Shown here piece by piece: positions 17,904-28,040 of a stretch of 64,000 bases of DNA. The stretch spans positions 20,183 to 84,182 of the forward strand of contig WFTB01000027.1 in NCBI GenBank assembly GCA_015485695.1, read 5' to 3'. The stretch comes from Patescibacteria group bacterium. GTDB lineage: Bacteria; Patescibacteriota; Patescibacteriia; WFTA01; S139-112. The notes beneath the pieces were generated by a model. The model saw nothing but the letters and a program-made list of their open reading frames with translations, did not search any database and was not told the origin of the DNA. How positions within the stretch are numbered: position 1 is the stretch's first letter; each line of letters opens with the position of its first letter. A program made the translations under genes and the position numbers.

Positions 17904-20834
17904 ATGTTCAATCTGTCAAAAATCGAAGAAGATGTGTTAAAGTTTTGGGACGAAGACGATACGTTTCAAAAAACGGTTGATAAAGACGCTCCAAACGGCG
18001 CGTATACGTTTTATGACGGACCTCCGTTCGCGACGGGATTGCCTCATTACGGACACTTGGTTGGGAGCCTCATGAAAGACGTTGTTCCAAGATACTGGAC
18101 AATGAAAGGGCATAGAGTCGAACGCAAATGGGGATGGGATTGTCACGGACTACCCATTGAAAATATAGTCGAAAAGGAATTGGATTTGAATTCGCGCAAG
18201 GATGTTGTTGCGTATGGTGTCGATTCGTTCAATAAGACATGTCACGGCAAAGTGATGATGTATCGCGAGGAATGGAAAAAGACCGTACGCAGGTTTGGCA
18301 GATGGGCGGACATGGACAATGATTATAAAACCATGGACATTGAGTACATGGAAAGTATTTGGTGGGTTTTCAAAGAGCTATATGACAAAGGATTAATCTA
18401 TGAAGACTACAAATCAATGCATGTTTGCCCGCGTTGCGAAACCACTCTTTCGCAGTCTGAAGTCGCGGAAGGATATAAGGAGATAAAAGATCTCTCTGTT
18501 GTTGTTAAATTCCAAATCACAAATAACAAACCGCAAACAAATTCTAATGACCAAAATTCAAATATCAAAACGTATATATTGAGTTGGACGACAACTCCTT
18601 GGACGCTACCCGGGAATGTTGCATTGGCTGTGGGGGAAGATATTGTCTATGTTGTCATTGAAAAGAAAGACGAAGAAGAGGGTGAGCGCGTTCGGTTTAT
18701 ACTCGCGAAAGACCGCCTCAAAGATGTGTTAGGTGAAGATGAGTATGAAATAGTATATGAATTGAAAGGCTCTGACCTTGTCGGAATGTCGTATGATCCG
18801 GTTTTTCCGTACTACGCAAACTCTGACATAGAAAACAAAGAAAACGGCTGGAAGATTTACGCCGGTGATTTTGTAACCACTGAAGAAGGGACGGGAGTTG
18901 TTCATATCGCGCCGGCGTTCGGGCAAGACGATATGGATATGGGCAAACGGCACCATTTGCCGTTTATTCAGCATCTTGGCATGGACGGACATTTCAAGCC
19001 GGAGGTTTCTGATTTTGCGGGACTTTCGGTTAAGCCGATTGACGACCACATGTCGACAGATATTGAAATCGTAAAATACTTGGCGCGAAACGACAAACTG
19101 TTTAACAAGGAAAAGTACACCCACACATATCCGCATTGCTGGCGGTGCGATACACCTCTTTTGAATTACGCTACATCGTCTTTGTTTGTTAATGTTACTC
19201 GCATAAAGGACAATCTGCTCGAAAACGCGAAGAAGGTTTCTTGGGTTCCGAGCCATATGAAAGAAGGTCGCTTCGGGAATTGGCTGGAAGGAGCGCGCGA
19301 TTGGTCTATCTCTCGCCAGCGTTTCTGGGGTTCTGTGATTCCACTATGGAAATGTGAATCCGAATCCTGCGACAAGGAGCGTGTGTTCGGGTCAATCGAG
19401 GAGCTTGAACGAGCGTCGGGAGAATCCGTCTCGGATTTGCACAAACACATAGTCGATAATGTACATGTTCCGTGTGAATGCGGAAAAGTGATGAAGCGTA
19501 TTCCGGACGTGCTTGATTGTTGGTTTGAGTCCGGGTCTATGCCGTACGCGCAGTTGCATTATCCGTTTGAGAATAAAGAAAAATTCGAACAAAGTTTTCC
19601 GGCTCAGTTTATCGCCGAAGGAGCCGATCAAACTCGCGCTTGGTTTTATTATCTCCATATAATGGGAACCGCCTTATTTGATTCTAACGCTTTCGAGAAT
19701 GTGATTGTCAACGGTATTGTCCAGGCGGAAGACGGCAAGAAAATGTCCAAAAAACTCAAAAATTATCCCGAACCGGAAGTTTTGTTCGATAAGTATGGCG
19801 CGGACGCCGTTCGCTACTATCTTGCGACGTCGCCCGTGGTGCATGCGGATGACTTGAACTTTTCGGAAAAAGGCGTCGCTGAAAAGGCGAGAATGTTCAG
19901 GACACTTCACAATGTTGCGAGTTTTTATGAAATGTTTTCCGAGGGTGTTGATATCTCTGACTTGAGAGAAGAGGATTTAACACATTCATTGGATGTTTGG
20001 ATTAATGCTCGATTAAATCAAACCATTACACGAATTACCGAGCAGATGGATGCGTACGATATTCAAGCCGCGGCTCGACCAATTTCGGAGTTTATAGACG
20101 ACTTATCAACCTGGTATGTGCGCAGGTCGAGAGATCGTTTTAAATCGGAAGACGAAAGTATAAAACTTCCCGCTTTGAGAACATTGCGACATGTTTTGCG
20201 CAGACTTGCTCGTATCATGGCGCCGTTTACGCCGTTTTTCGCTGAACACATATACAAATATCGCATGGGCGGTGGTGTGTCTGTGCATATGACGGAATGG
20301 CCGACCGAGTATCTGGCAAATGAGAATAGAGATACGGGAGTTTTAGACAGGATGCGATTGGTTCGAAATATAGTTGAAACCGGACTCGCAAAGAGAACGG
20401 AGTTAAAACTCCCGGTCAGACAACCGCTTCGGGAACTTAAGGTCTTAAATTGCGAGGTTCAAATCGAAGAGGAGTATGCGCAACTGATTAAGGACGAACT
20501 TAATATAAAGGAAGTGACACTTGTTCAAGGAGATGGCGGGTTAGTCGTTGAGCTTGACTCGGAGATTACTCCGGAGCTGAAAATCGAAGGAATCAAGCGT
20601 GAACTTGTCCGTCAAATAAACAATATTCGCAAAAATCAAGGTCTTACGATAAAGGACAGAGTGAAAATTGCCGTAGAATCGGATAATAAAGACATCGCAA
20701 AAGCGATATCAGGCCACGGTCCGCAAATTCTCGAAGATACTCTCGCGATTGAGTTTGTTGATTCGCTTGATGGAGAAAAGCACGAAGTGAAAGTCGCGGG
20801 AGCGGTTGTATTTGTGTCGCTCAAGAAGGTGTAG
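17904..20834 (+). CDS. ileS: Isoleucine--tRNA ligase (type 2)
   Basis: DGPPFATGLPHYGH, WTTTPWTLP, DWSISRQRFWG, KMSK. Confidence 0.97.
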   Translation: MFNLSKIEEDVLKFWDEDDTFQKTVDKDAPNGAYTFYDGPPFATGLPHYGHLVGSLMKDVVPRYWTMKGHRVERKWGWDCHGLPIENIVEKELDLNSRKDVVAYGVDSFNKTCHGKVMMYREEWKKTVRRFGRWADMDNDYKTMDIEYMESIWWVFKELYDKGLIYEDYKSMHVCPRCETTLSQSEVAEGYKEIKDLSVVVKFQITNNKPQTNSNDQNSNIKTYILSWTTTPWTLPGNVALAVGEDIVYVVIEKKDEEEGERVRFILAKDRLKDVLGEDEYEIVYELKGSDLVGMSYDPVFPYYANSDIENKENGWKIYAGDFVTTEEGTGVVHIAPAFGQDDMDMGKRHHLPFIQHLGMDGHFKPEVSDFAGLSVKPIDDHMSTDIEIVKYLARNDKLFNKEKYTHTYPHCWRCDTPLLNYATSSLFVNVTRIKDNLLENAKKVSWVPSHMKEGRFGNWLEGARDWSISRQRFWGSVIPLWKCESESCDKERVFGSIEELERASGESVSDLHKHIVDNVHVPCECGKVMKRIPDVLDCWFESGSMPYAQLHYPFENKEKFEQSFPAQFIAEGADQTRAWFYYLHIMGTALFDSNAFENVIVNGIVQAEDGKKMSKKLKNYPEPEVLFDKYGADAVRYYLATSPVVHADDLNFSEKGVAEKARMFRTLHNVASFYEMFSEGVDISDLREEDLTHSLDVWINARLNQTITRITEQMDAYDIQAAARPISEFIDDLSTWYVRRSRDRFKSEDESIKLPALRTLRHVLRRLARIMAPFTPFFAEHIYKYRMGGGVSVHMTEWPTEYLANENRDTGVLDRMRLVRNIVETGLAKRTELKLPVRQPLRELKVLNCEVQIEEEYAQLIKDELNIKEVTLVQGDGGLVVELDSEITPELKIEGIKRELVRQINNIRKNQGLTIKDRVKIAVESDNKDIAKAISGHGPQILEDTLAIEFVDSLDGEKHEVKVAGAVVFVSLKKV

Positions 20835-20905
20835 GAAATCTCAAAACTCTTTCGAGGATGTTATTATCACCCTGATTCTCTCTGTAAAATAGCGATTTCT
20901 TGTTT

Positions 20906-21085
20906 TTAGATATATATATCAACGTTTTCGCCCAATCCATCTTGGCTTGTAGGTTTACTGTCTTTATTTTTATTCTTCTTCTTTGAATCTGATTCTGGTT
21001 TTCTACGGTTTTTTTCGGGGAATTCGCTAGTGGTTTCGTGTATTCTGCTTATCGGCGTTACACCGCCTTTGTTTTCAATTTCCAT
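20906..21085 (-). CDS. 59-aa hypothetical protein (not in ORF track)
   Basis: MEIENKGGVTPISRI...DGLGENVDIYI; own promoter TTGGCA-17-TACACT at 21159-21131. Confidence 0.6.
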   Translation of the reverse strand: MEIENKGGVTPISRIHETTSEFPEKNRRKPESDSKKKNKNKDSKPTSQDGLGENVDIYI

Positions 21086-21242
21086 TTGAATTTTAGTTAT
21101 TCGATTTTATTAAGTCGCGCCTTTTATTACAGTGTACTGATTTTTCGTCGTATTGCCAAGTCAAAATTGTTTTTGGGATATTTGTTTTAATGAAGTTTTA
21201 CTTGTTGTGGGATATTGTATTGAATTGTGCTAAGATTTATAC

Positions 21243-21881
21243 ATGTATATACAGACACCAGGATACATATTGCGGTCCATGAATTGGCGAGAAGGGGATC
21301 GGCTTTATATTATTTTCACTCGGGAACTTGGCAAAGTGGAAGCGCAAGCTCGCGGAGCTCGCAAAATACAATCCAAGCTCGCCGGACATTTGCAACCTTT
21401 CAGGTCAGTGAATCTTCACCTTGCTCGCGGTAAGGTTTTCTGTCATGTGATAGGCGCTCAATCCGGGAACTCCGGTTATCTCGCGCAAAACGGTCGAGTG
21501 TTCGGCTATGCTCAGTATTTTCTGGAGCTTGTCGATCGCATGACCAAAGTCGGACAAAAAAGTGACGATATATTCCGTCTTTTGGAAGATGTGTTTGATA
21601 TTCTGGAAAATACGAAAGACTTTGAACGTCTCAAGAGACTGCGTATAGTGTTTTTGCTCAAACTTCTAAAGGCTACGGGGTTTAATCCGGAACGAAGAGT
21701 CGCTCGAGACAACAAAACTCGAAAAGAGCTTTTCGTATATCTAAACTGTCCTTTGAAAGAAGTGGATTTTACCGAAAATAACGGAACCTTGAAGACACTT
21801 TTTGGCATTTCTCAATATGGATTGAATGAAGTCATAGAGAGACCTCTCAACAGCGCCAAATATTTACAATCATTCGGTTGA
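21243..21881 (+). CDS. recO: DNA repair protein RecO
   Basis: EGDRLYIIFTRELGKV.AQARGARKIQSKLAGHLQPF. Confidence 0.92.
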   Translation: MYIQTPGYILRSMNWREGDRLYIIFTRELGKVEAQARGARKIQSKLAGHLQPFRSVNLHLARGKVFCHVIGAQSGNSGYLAQNGRVFGYAQYFLELVDRMTKVGQKSDDIFRLLEDVFDILENTKDFERLKRLRIVFLLKLLKATGFNPERRVARDNKTRKELFVYLNCPLKEVDFTENNGTLKTLFGISQYGLNEVIERPLNSAKYLQSFG

Positions 21882-21897
21882 GCCGTATAATTACCGC

Positions 21898-22116
21898 ATG
21901 AATAACAAACATAAGGTTAAAAATTCGGAAGAAGAGGAAATAAACGATATCGAACTTGACAGCGAAGACATGGATGATTTTGTCGAGGACTCATACGATG
22001 GGTATTCGGATTATGATGAAGAGCGACGCCTTGGTCCGGTTGTGTTTTATACGATTTTGGTTTTGTTTCTCATAACCGCGTCATTGCTCGCGGGCTTTGT
22101 CGTTTTTTTGAAATGA
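21898..22116 (+). CDS. Small acidic protein with C-terminal TM helix
   Basis: 72-aa ORF in operon orientation. Confidence 0.6.
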   Translation: MNNKHKVKNSEEEEINDIELDSEDMDDFVEDSYDGYSDYDEERRLGPVVFYTILVLFLITASLLAGFVVFLK

Positions 22117-22221
22117 TATAAGAACTTTTTGACTCGCGATTCGTGGATTCGTTATCGCGTTTTTTGTTTGCGGTGTTGATTGTGGTATAATAATACCGTG
22201 TTTTGTTTTTAATGTTTTTTC

Positions 22222-23511
22222 ATGTCTTTTCTGAATTTTAATTTATCCGGATTTGGTTTGGATATTTCGGATTTTTCGATAAAAATTGCCCAGGTCGTGG
22301 AAGGAAAGGGAGAGCGACTTTTGTCCGCGTGGGGCAAGACCAAAATCAAACCCGGAGTCATTGACAAGGGCGTAATAACCGACAAAGAACAGTTGGTATC
22401 GGAATTGAAAAAACTGAAAGAATCGGTAAGTGGCAATCTCACGTCTAATTTTGCCGTAGCTTGTTTGCCGGAGACAAAAACTTTTATCAAGGTTTTCGAT
22501 TTGTCGAAGCCGAAAAAAACCGACAAAAAAGAAAGCTCTCAGCCTTTAATCGACGCCATAGAAAAAGAATTGCCAAAAGAAATTCCGCTTCCGGTAGAAA
22601 ACATAACTTATGATTTTCAGATAGTGCGTGAGGACGATTCGTCTTGGAGCGTCTTGGTGGGCGCGGCTCCGAGAGACATTATCATGGACTACAATGAAGT
22701 TATAAAATCCGCTGGATTCAGTGTTTTGGCGCTTGAGATTGAAGCGCAAGCGATAGTGCGAGCTTTGATGAGTGATAAGTATAAAACCTCCGTAAAAGAA
22801 AGGAAAATAAAAATACCGAAAATTCATATTCCAAAGATTTCTTTTGGTTCCAAAGAGGGCGAAGATTCGAGCGTTGCGGTCGAAAAAAATTCGAACTTAA
22901 ATGGCAAGGCCGAAAACGGTGAATCGATAATCGACAAAATAAGAAACGGATTCGGAGAAGAAAAGAAAACGGCGCAATACGTCAGGGAGCGTCCGACTTC
23001 CGAAAAGCCGACTATGATAGTTGATTTGGGCGCGGCTCGTTCGGGCATGATTGTCTATCATGGCGATTCGATACGTTTGACTCGCTCAATTCCAATTTCA
23101 GGATCCCAAATAACCAAAAAGATAATGGATGAGATGAAACTTACGCCTGCAAAGGCTGAACAAGCCAAAATCGTATGCGGTCTGGACGAGAGAAAGTGCA
23201 AGGGGAAATTGAAGCCGATAATAGACGGTTGGGTGAATGAGCTCGCGGAAGAAATATCCACAACCATGACGTATTATCACAACTCTTCCGCCGATTCGAA
23301 TGAAGGTTTCAAGGAATTGTTGCTTTGTGGGGGAGGGGCCGCCCTTAACGGCTTGTCAGAGCGACTTTCCGATGAGTTGTCCGTCCCCGCCAGCGCCATA
23401 GGCGACATATCCGATTATCGAGTTTCTTTTCACAAAGAAGTACCACCGATACCCAAAAGGTCTGTATCCGGATTTGCGACCGCAATCGGTCTTGCTCTGC
23501 GCTCCGTTTGA
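22222..23511 (+). CDS. pilM: Type IV pilus assembly protein PilM
   Basis: FGLDISDFSIK, EIEAQAIVRAL, IVDLGA, LCGGGA, TAIGLALR. Confidence 0.92.
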   Translation: MSFLNFNLSGFGLDISDFSIKIAQVVEGKGERLLSAWGKTKIKPGVIDKGVITDKEQLVSELKKLKESVSGNLTSNFAVACLPETKTFIKVFDLSKPKKTDKKESSQPLIDAIEKELPKEIPLPVENITYDFQIVREDDSSWSVLVGAAPRDIIMDYNEVIKSAGFSVLALEIEAQAIVRALMSDKYKTSVKERKIKIPKIHIPKISFGSKEGEDSSVAVEKNSNLNGKAENGESIIDKIRNGFGEEKKTAQYVRERPTSEKPTMIVDLGAARSGMIVYHGDSIRLTRSIPISGSQITKKIMDEMKLTPAKAEQAKIVCGLDERKCKGKLKPIIDGWVNELAEEISTTMTYYHNSSADSNEGFKELLLCGGGAALNGLSERLSDELSVPASAIGDISDYRVSFHKEVPPIPKRSVSGFATAIGLALRSV

Positions 23512-23530
23512 GTTTAGTTAAACACTTTGT

Positions 23531-24085
23531 ATGATTGATTTGAATTTTGTACCGGATCACGATCAAAAAGCGATAGCCAGATACGCCATGAGCATAGTTG
23601 CCAGACATTTGGCAATATGGTTTGTTTTTGCGATTGTTGTGGTCGCGCTTTTACTGGCTTGGGGAAAGTTTTTTTTGGAGCGAAACTTGGCAATATGGGA
23701 AGAGCAATCCATCTTGGTCGCTCAGCGTCGCGCTTCCGTCTCGGAGAGGATACGATTGTTAAACCAAACGGCAATCGCTGTTTCCAAAGTGCAAGAAGAA
23801 TACAGGCCGTGGTCCGAGCTGTTGATGGAATTCGCATCGATTGTACCGCCTGGAAATAGAGTGGATTCTCTTTTGATTGATAACAGAACAGGAATGGTCG
23901 AAATTCGCGGTTTCAGCACCACTAGAGAAAACGTGCTCGCATTTGAAAAGGCGCTCAATGATAATCCTTTTTTTACCGAAGTTAAATCGCCGTTAACCAA
24001 TTTGCTTAACCCCAAAAACATAGATTTCAGTTTTACCGCGAAACTTTCTTTCGGAGACTATGAATCCAGGGACGAGAACCTATGA
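23531..24085 (+). CDS. pilN: PilN domain protein
   Basis: IDLNFVP, TM helix, follows pilM. Confidence 0.8.
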   Translation: MIDLNFVPDHDQKAIARYAMSIVARHLAIWFVFAIVVVALLLAWGKFFLERNLAIWEEQSILVAQRRASVSERIRLLNQTAIAVSKVQEEYRPWSELLMEFASIVPPGNRVDSLLIDNRTGMVEIRGFSTTRENVLAFEKALNDNPFFTEVKSPLTNLLNPKNIDFSFTAKLSFGDYESRDENL

Positions 24086-24129
24086 TATTCGTATGAATTC
24101 TGAAGAGCTTGGGTTTTTATAAAGGCGAC

Positions 24130-24714
24130 ATGAAAAAATATTTTCACCAATTTCAGATTATAGGGTTTGTGCTACTGTTTGCGGTGGTTACATGGTTTGT
24201 GGTGCTTCCGGTCAGTAATGACATTGTCGATTTGAGAAAAAATATTTTCCAACAACGAGAAGAGCTTGAGAAAATCTATCTTAGAGGTCAACTTCTCAAA
24301 AAAATGCAAGTCCAGCTAAAAGACATAGAAGAAGATATACCATCGGTAGAATCGGCAATATTACCGGTTGGAAAGCGTTTGTATTTGATTACCGCTCTCG
24401 AGAATATAGCTTCGGACAACAAATTGAAACAAGAGATTTCAATGGATGATTTCCCTGAAAACATATCCAAAATCACCGCATTGCCGATAAACGTAAAACT
24501 GAACGGAACTTTCAATGATCTTCTTAGGTATATTATCGATGTTGAGAGGATGGATTTTTATATAAATTGGCAAACCATATCCATAGGGTCGGGAATTGGC
24601 ACCAAACGAACGATTAGAAGGGGGCCGAATCTCGCTCCGTCCGCTCCGGAGAGCATTACCGAGAACAAATCAATACAAATAACCCTATCGGGGCAAGTAT
24701 ACTGGAGGCCGTAG
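24130..24714 (+). CDS. pilO: PilO-like protein
   Basis: TM+coiled coil, GTFNDLLRYI..VE; third gene of pilMNO. Confidence 0.75.
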   Translation: MKKYFHQFQIIGFVLLFAVVTWFVVLPVSNDIVDLRKNIFQQREELEKIYLRGQLLKKMQVQLKDIEEDIPSVESAILPVGKRLYLITALENIASDNKLKQEISMDDFPENISKITALPINVKLNGTFNDLLRYIIDVERMDFYINWQTISIGSGIGTKRTIRRGPNLAPSAPESITENKSIQITLSGQVYWRP

Positions 24715-24717
24715 AGT

Positions 24718-24981
24718 ATGAATATATTTTATCAAATTGTAAAAAGACTCAATATTATCATAATGATTGTCGTAATCGTTTCGATTGGTGCGACTTTGCG
24801 GTTTTTGTATTCGAACATGTACAAAACCATAATTCAAGCCGAGAGAATCGTATTGTTGAAGGGGCAAATAATAGACGCAACGTTCAATGAAAAACTATGG
24901 AGAGATATAACCGAAAACCTTGAAACAAAAAAAAGCGCGAAAAACATTTCCGAAAACGTAAAAGATCCGTTTAATTTTTAG
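24718..24981 (+). CDS. Hypothetical pilus-cluster protein (PilP position)
   Basis: TM helix, ends KDPF. Confidence 0.6.
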   Translation: MNIFYQIVKRLNIIIMIVVIVSIGATLRFLYSNMYKTIIQAERIVLLKGQIIDATFNEKLWRDITENLETKKSAKNISENVKDPFNF

Positions 24982-25109
24982 GTTGCATTCAATGTGTTCT
25001 CGGAAATCTTAGTTTCGTATCGAAATTATGAAATCATTGGAAGAATGGTTGGTTTTTGCGCTGAGTCTGGGCTCTCTATCGGCATTGCGAATCGATTTGA
25101 TTTGAATTA

Positions 25110-26324
25110 TCAGGTTTTTTCGTAAGAGCTCTTGAGTTTTTCGTATTCTTCGAAGATGTTTCTTGAAGCCTCGTGAATTTCTTCTTTTGTGGTGTATTTT
25201 CCGAGCGATATTCGAATACTGTTTGTTATTCTTTCATCGTCATACCCCAACGCTTTTAAGGCGTTGGACTTTTTTTGCGCTCCCGACGAACAGGCGGGTC
25301 CGTAAGATACGGATACACCTCTCATATCAAGCGCGGTCATTAGAGTAATGCCGTCCACTCTCGGAAAGTAAATGCTTGCATGAGAAGGGGATACATTGTC
25401 GCCGTATGGGTCATCAGGTCCGTTTATCTTGATGTCCGGAATTGTGTTTTTTAGATTGGTTATGAGTGTTTTTTTAAGGTTTGATATTTCTGTTTTATTT
25501 TCAATCGATATCAGCTCAACCGCTTTTCCGATTCCGACTATAAGCGGTGTCGGCATCGTGCCAGGTCGCAACGCTTTTTGTTGAGCGCCACCGTAGACCA
25601 GAGGGCTTATTTCGGTTCCTTCTCGTACATACAATATGCCTATACCTTTAGGTCCGTATATTTTGTTTCCTGACAATGACATCAAGTCGACTTTTGTGTG
25701 ATTTACATGGCAATTGAAACAGTTGAGGGCTTGCGCGGAATCTGCGTGAAAAGTGATTTTGTTTTCTCGAGTTTTGTTTTCACGAATCAGCATTTTACCG
25801 ATTTCTTTTATCGGCTGAACCAGTCCGAATTCGCTTTGAACATGCGTAATTGAAACAAGAACCGTTTCGTCTCGTATATGCTTTTTGATGCTTGATGCTT
25901 TTATGGTTCCGTCTTTGTCCGGTCTTATATATGTCACGTCCGCGCCGGCCGTTTTTTCCAGGTATTCACAAGTCGCATGAACTGAATCGTGCTCTATCGC
26001 CGTTGTGATGATATGTGGAAGTGTTTTGGCGTCGGCATTGTTTGATATGTATTTTTTTATAACACCTTGAATCGCCAAATTGTTTGATTCGGTGGCTCCA
26101 GAAGTGAAAATGATTTCTCCGGGGTCGCATCCCAGCTTGTCGGCTATTTGCAACTTCGCGTTGTCGACCGCTATTTGCGCTTTTTGTCCTTGTCGGTGCG
26201 CGGAGCTTGGATTGCCGTAATGTTCCGACCAATACGGATTCATGGCGGAAACGACATTCGGGTCTGTAGGAGTGGATGCCGCATAGTCGAGGTATATATT
26301 GTTTTTTTGTGATATGTGTTTCAT
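25110..26324 (-). CDS. Cysteine desulfurase (IscS/NifS family)
   Basis: IYLDYAASTP, GNPSS, FTSGATESNN, SGNKIYGPKG, GPACSSG. Confidence 0.92.
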   Translation of the reverse strand: MKHISQKNNIYLDYAASTPTDPNVVSAMNPYWSEHYGNPSSAHRQGQKAQIAVDNAKLQIADKLGCDPGEIIFTSGATESNNLAIQGVIKKYISNNADAKTLPHIITTAIEHDSVHATCEYLEKTAGADVTYIRPDKDGTIKASSIKKHIRDETVLVSITHVQSEFGLVQPIKEIGKMLIRENKTRENKITFHADSAQALNCFNCHVNHTKVDLMSLSGNKIYGPKGIGILYVREGTEISPLVYGGAQQKALRPGTMPTPLIVGIGKAVELISIENKTEISNLKKTLITNLKNTIPDIKINGPDDPYGDNVSPSHASIYFPRVDGITLMTALDMRGVSVSYGPACSSGAQKKSNALKALGYDDERITNSIRISLGKYTTKEEIHEASRNIFEEYEKLKSSYEKT

Positions 26325-26526
26325 ATTGCCAAGATTCATTCTATCTGAATTCTCGAATATGTTCAATTTTTCTCCTTCTCATATCTTGAATTCGCTGAAT
26401 TTGCGATTCAAGTGTAAATAAAGAGAGCGTGTCAATAAATATTGCCATATGGCGCGAAAACATCCAATAGATTATCGCTATTTGCATTTTGCGTGTTGGA
26501 TAACCCGTAAACAACAAAATGAGTTT

Positions 26527-26663
26527 GCGTTTCCCGTGCCTCATCTGACGTCGATCGTGTTATTTTGAGGCGCGAAAAATAGAGTTAACACATCGCTTAG
26601 AAGACATGGTTCCGTGTTTCCATGCCTCATTTGACGTCGATCGTGTTATTTTGAGGCATGGGA
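26527..26663 (-). repeat. Motif-2 hairpin element pair 2 (26527-26571, 26617-26663)
   Basis: Reverse-complement copies of the 16900 element, 86 bp period. Confidence 0.92.
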
Positions 26664-26862
26664 CTATGGGTGTTTTTTTGTTTGTTTGTCGAGTGAGTTG
26701 AAACGTCCGTGCTTGATGGTGTGTTGATGGTGTTGATGCCGTTGGTGTATGATTGCACAATAGACGATAAATAGTGATGAGACTTCCCATGCCGGATAGA
26801 CGGTAATTCGGTGATATTATTGCTCGAGTTGGATTTTATGGAGCATGAGGTAACGCATACGG

Positions 26863-26891
26863 TTGACGTGTAGTTAATTATCGGCTATACT
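26863..26891 (+). promoter_or_regulatory. Sigma70-like promoter of rpmA
   Basis: TTGACG-17-TATACT. Confidence 0.65.
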
Positions 26892-26987
26892 TTTGCACAG
26901 CGCTTCATGATTCGGTTACGCATTTTTCTGGCTCAGGGTAGCCTTTACTGCCGTTGAGCTTTTGTATAAGTTTAGTTAATAAAGCAT

Positions 26988-27272
26988 ATGGCGCATAGGA
27001 AAGCGGGCGGTTCCGCTAAAAGTTTGCGCGATTCTAACGCGCAACGTCTCGGTGTCAAGAAATACGGCGGTGAAAAAATCAAAGCCGGGCAAATCATACT
27101 TCGTCAACGCGGTACGAAATGGCATCCGGGTTCGGGTGTGCGAAGAGGAAGTGACGATACTTTGTTCGCCATGATTGACGGTGTGGTTAAATTCTACAAA
27201 CGAAAGACGCGCAAGTTTACGGGAAACATGAAACTAACCAAATACGTTTCCGTTGTTCCGGATTCGAAATAA
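26988..27272 (+). CDS. rpmA: 50S ribosomal protein L27
   Basis: MAHRKAGGS...[18 protein letters not shown]. Confidence 0.98.
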   Translation: MAHRKAGGSAKSLRDSNAQRLGVKKYGGEKIKAGQIILRQRGTKWHPGSGVRRGSDDTLFAMIDGVVKFYKRKTRKFTGNMKLTKYVSVVPDSK

Positions 27273-27296
27273 TCACCTGAAATTGACTGATATCAG

Positions 27297-27327
27297 CCAA
27301 AAAACCATCCCTGTGGATGGTTTTTGG
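27297..27327 (+). terminator. Terminator after rpmA
   Basis: CCAAAAAACCATCC-CTGT-GGATGGTTTTTGG. Confidence 0.75.
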
Positions 27328-27371
27328 TATTTTCCCTTGACAAATTATCACTGGTGGCGTAATGTTGTGTT

Positions 27372-27459
27372 AGCCCTAAGCACGGTGCTAAAGAACCCCC
27401 CCCCCACACGACGCACACCACGTTTTTTTTCATCTTTCGTGGGGGGGGTTATTTTTTTT
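27372..27459 (+). ncRNA. Candidate small RNA
   Basis: TTGACA(27337)-17-TAATGT promoter, C10/G8 stem, T8 tail, no credible ORF. Confidence 0.35.
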
Positions 27460-27483
27460 CTTCCCGCATTTCGTTGCGGTTTT

Positions 27484-27933
27484 TTATTTTTTCCGTTTGA
27501 TTATCACATTGCATGACCCGCTCAATGATTCGCCGAGTTTGAACGGTACGGAATGAGCGCCTACAGTCTTAAGGTGTTCGTCCAACAGGATATTGTGGGG
27601 ATTAATCGTGACATTGTGCGTGTCTGAAAGTTTTTTGGCTATTTTTTTCTCATCTATTCCGGCAAACAGCGTTCCAGTCGTACTTGCTTTTTCGAGAAAC
27701 GTTATTTGAGCGGAATTGAGTTTTTTGTACGTTTCTTTCGCTTCTTTGGCGTCGAGATTCTCGCGCTTTTTTTGTTTTGCAAGTGTTTTGGCGTGGGTTG
27801 CCACGTTTTCTTTCGTTGCCGGCTTTGCTTGTTTGTTTTTTATCAGAACGTTTCTCGCATAAGCGACAGATACGTCGACAATATCGCCGGCATTTCCGAG
27901 TTTTGGAATTGATTTTAAGAGAATTACTTTCAT
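27484..27933 (-). CDS. rplI: 50S ribosomal protein L9
   Basis: MKVILLKSIPKLG.AGDIVDVS.AYARN, GTLFAGI, LKTVGAH. Confidence 0.95.
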   Translation of the reverse strand: MKVILLKSIPKLGNAGDIVDVSVAYARNVLIKNKQAKPATKENVATHAKTLAKQKKRENLDAKEAKETYKKLNSAQITFLEKASTTGTLFAGIDEKKIAKKLSDTHNVTINPHNILLDEHLKTVGAHSVPFKLGESLSGSCNVIIKRKK

Positions 27934-28040
27934 AAAATATACGTTAATTCGCATCTTTTATATTTTGAACTATTTGCTTTATTGTTTTATTTTCTAAGTA
28001 TTCGTCTGTGGAGCGTCTGAAATTATTCGAGCTTCGGTTT

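Noticed and set aside
26690-26790. GT-rich TGATGGTGT-like low-complexity tract
   Set aside because: Irregular units and no second occurrence.
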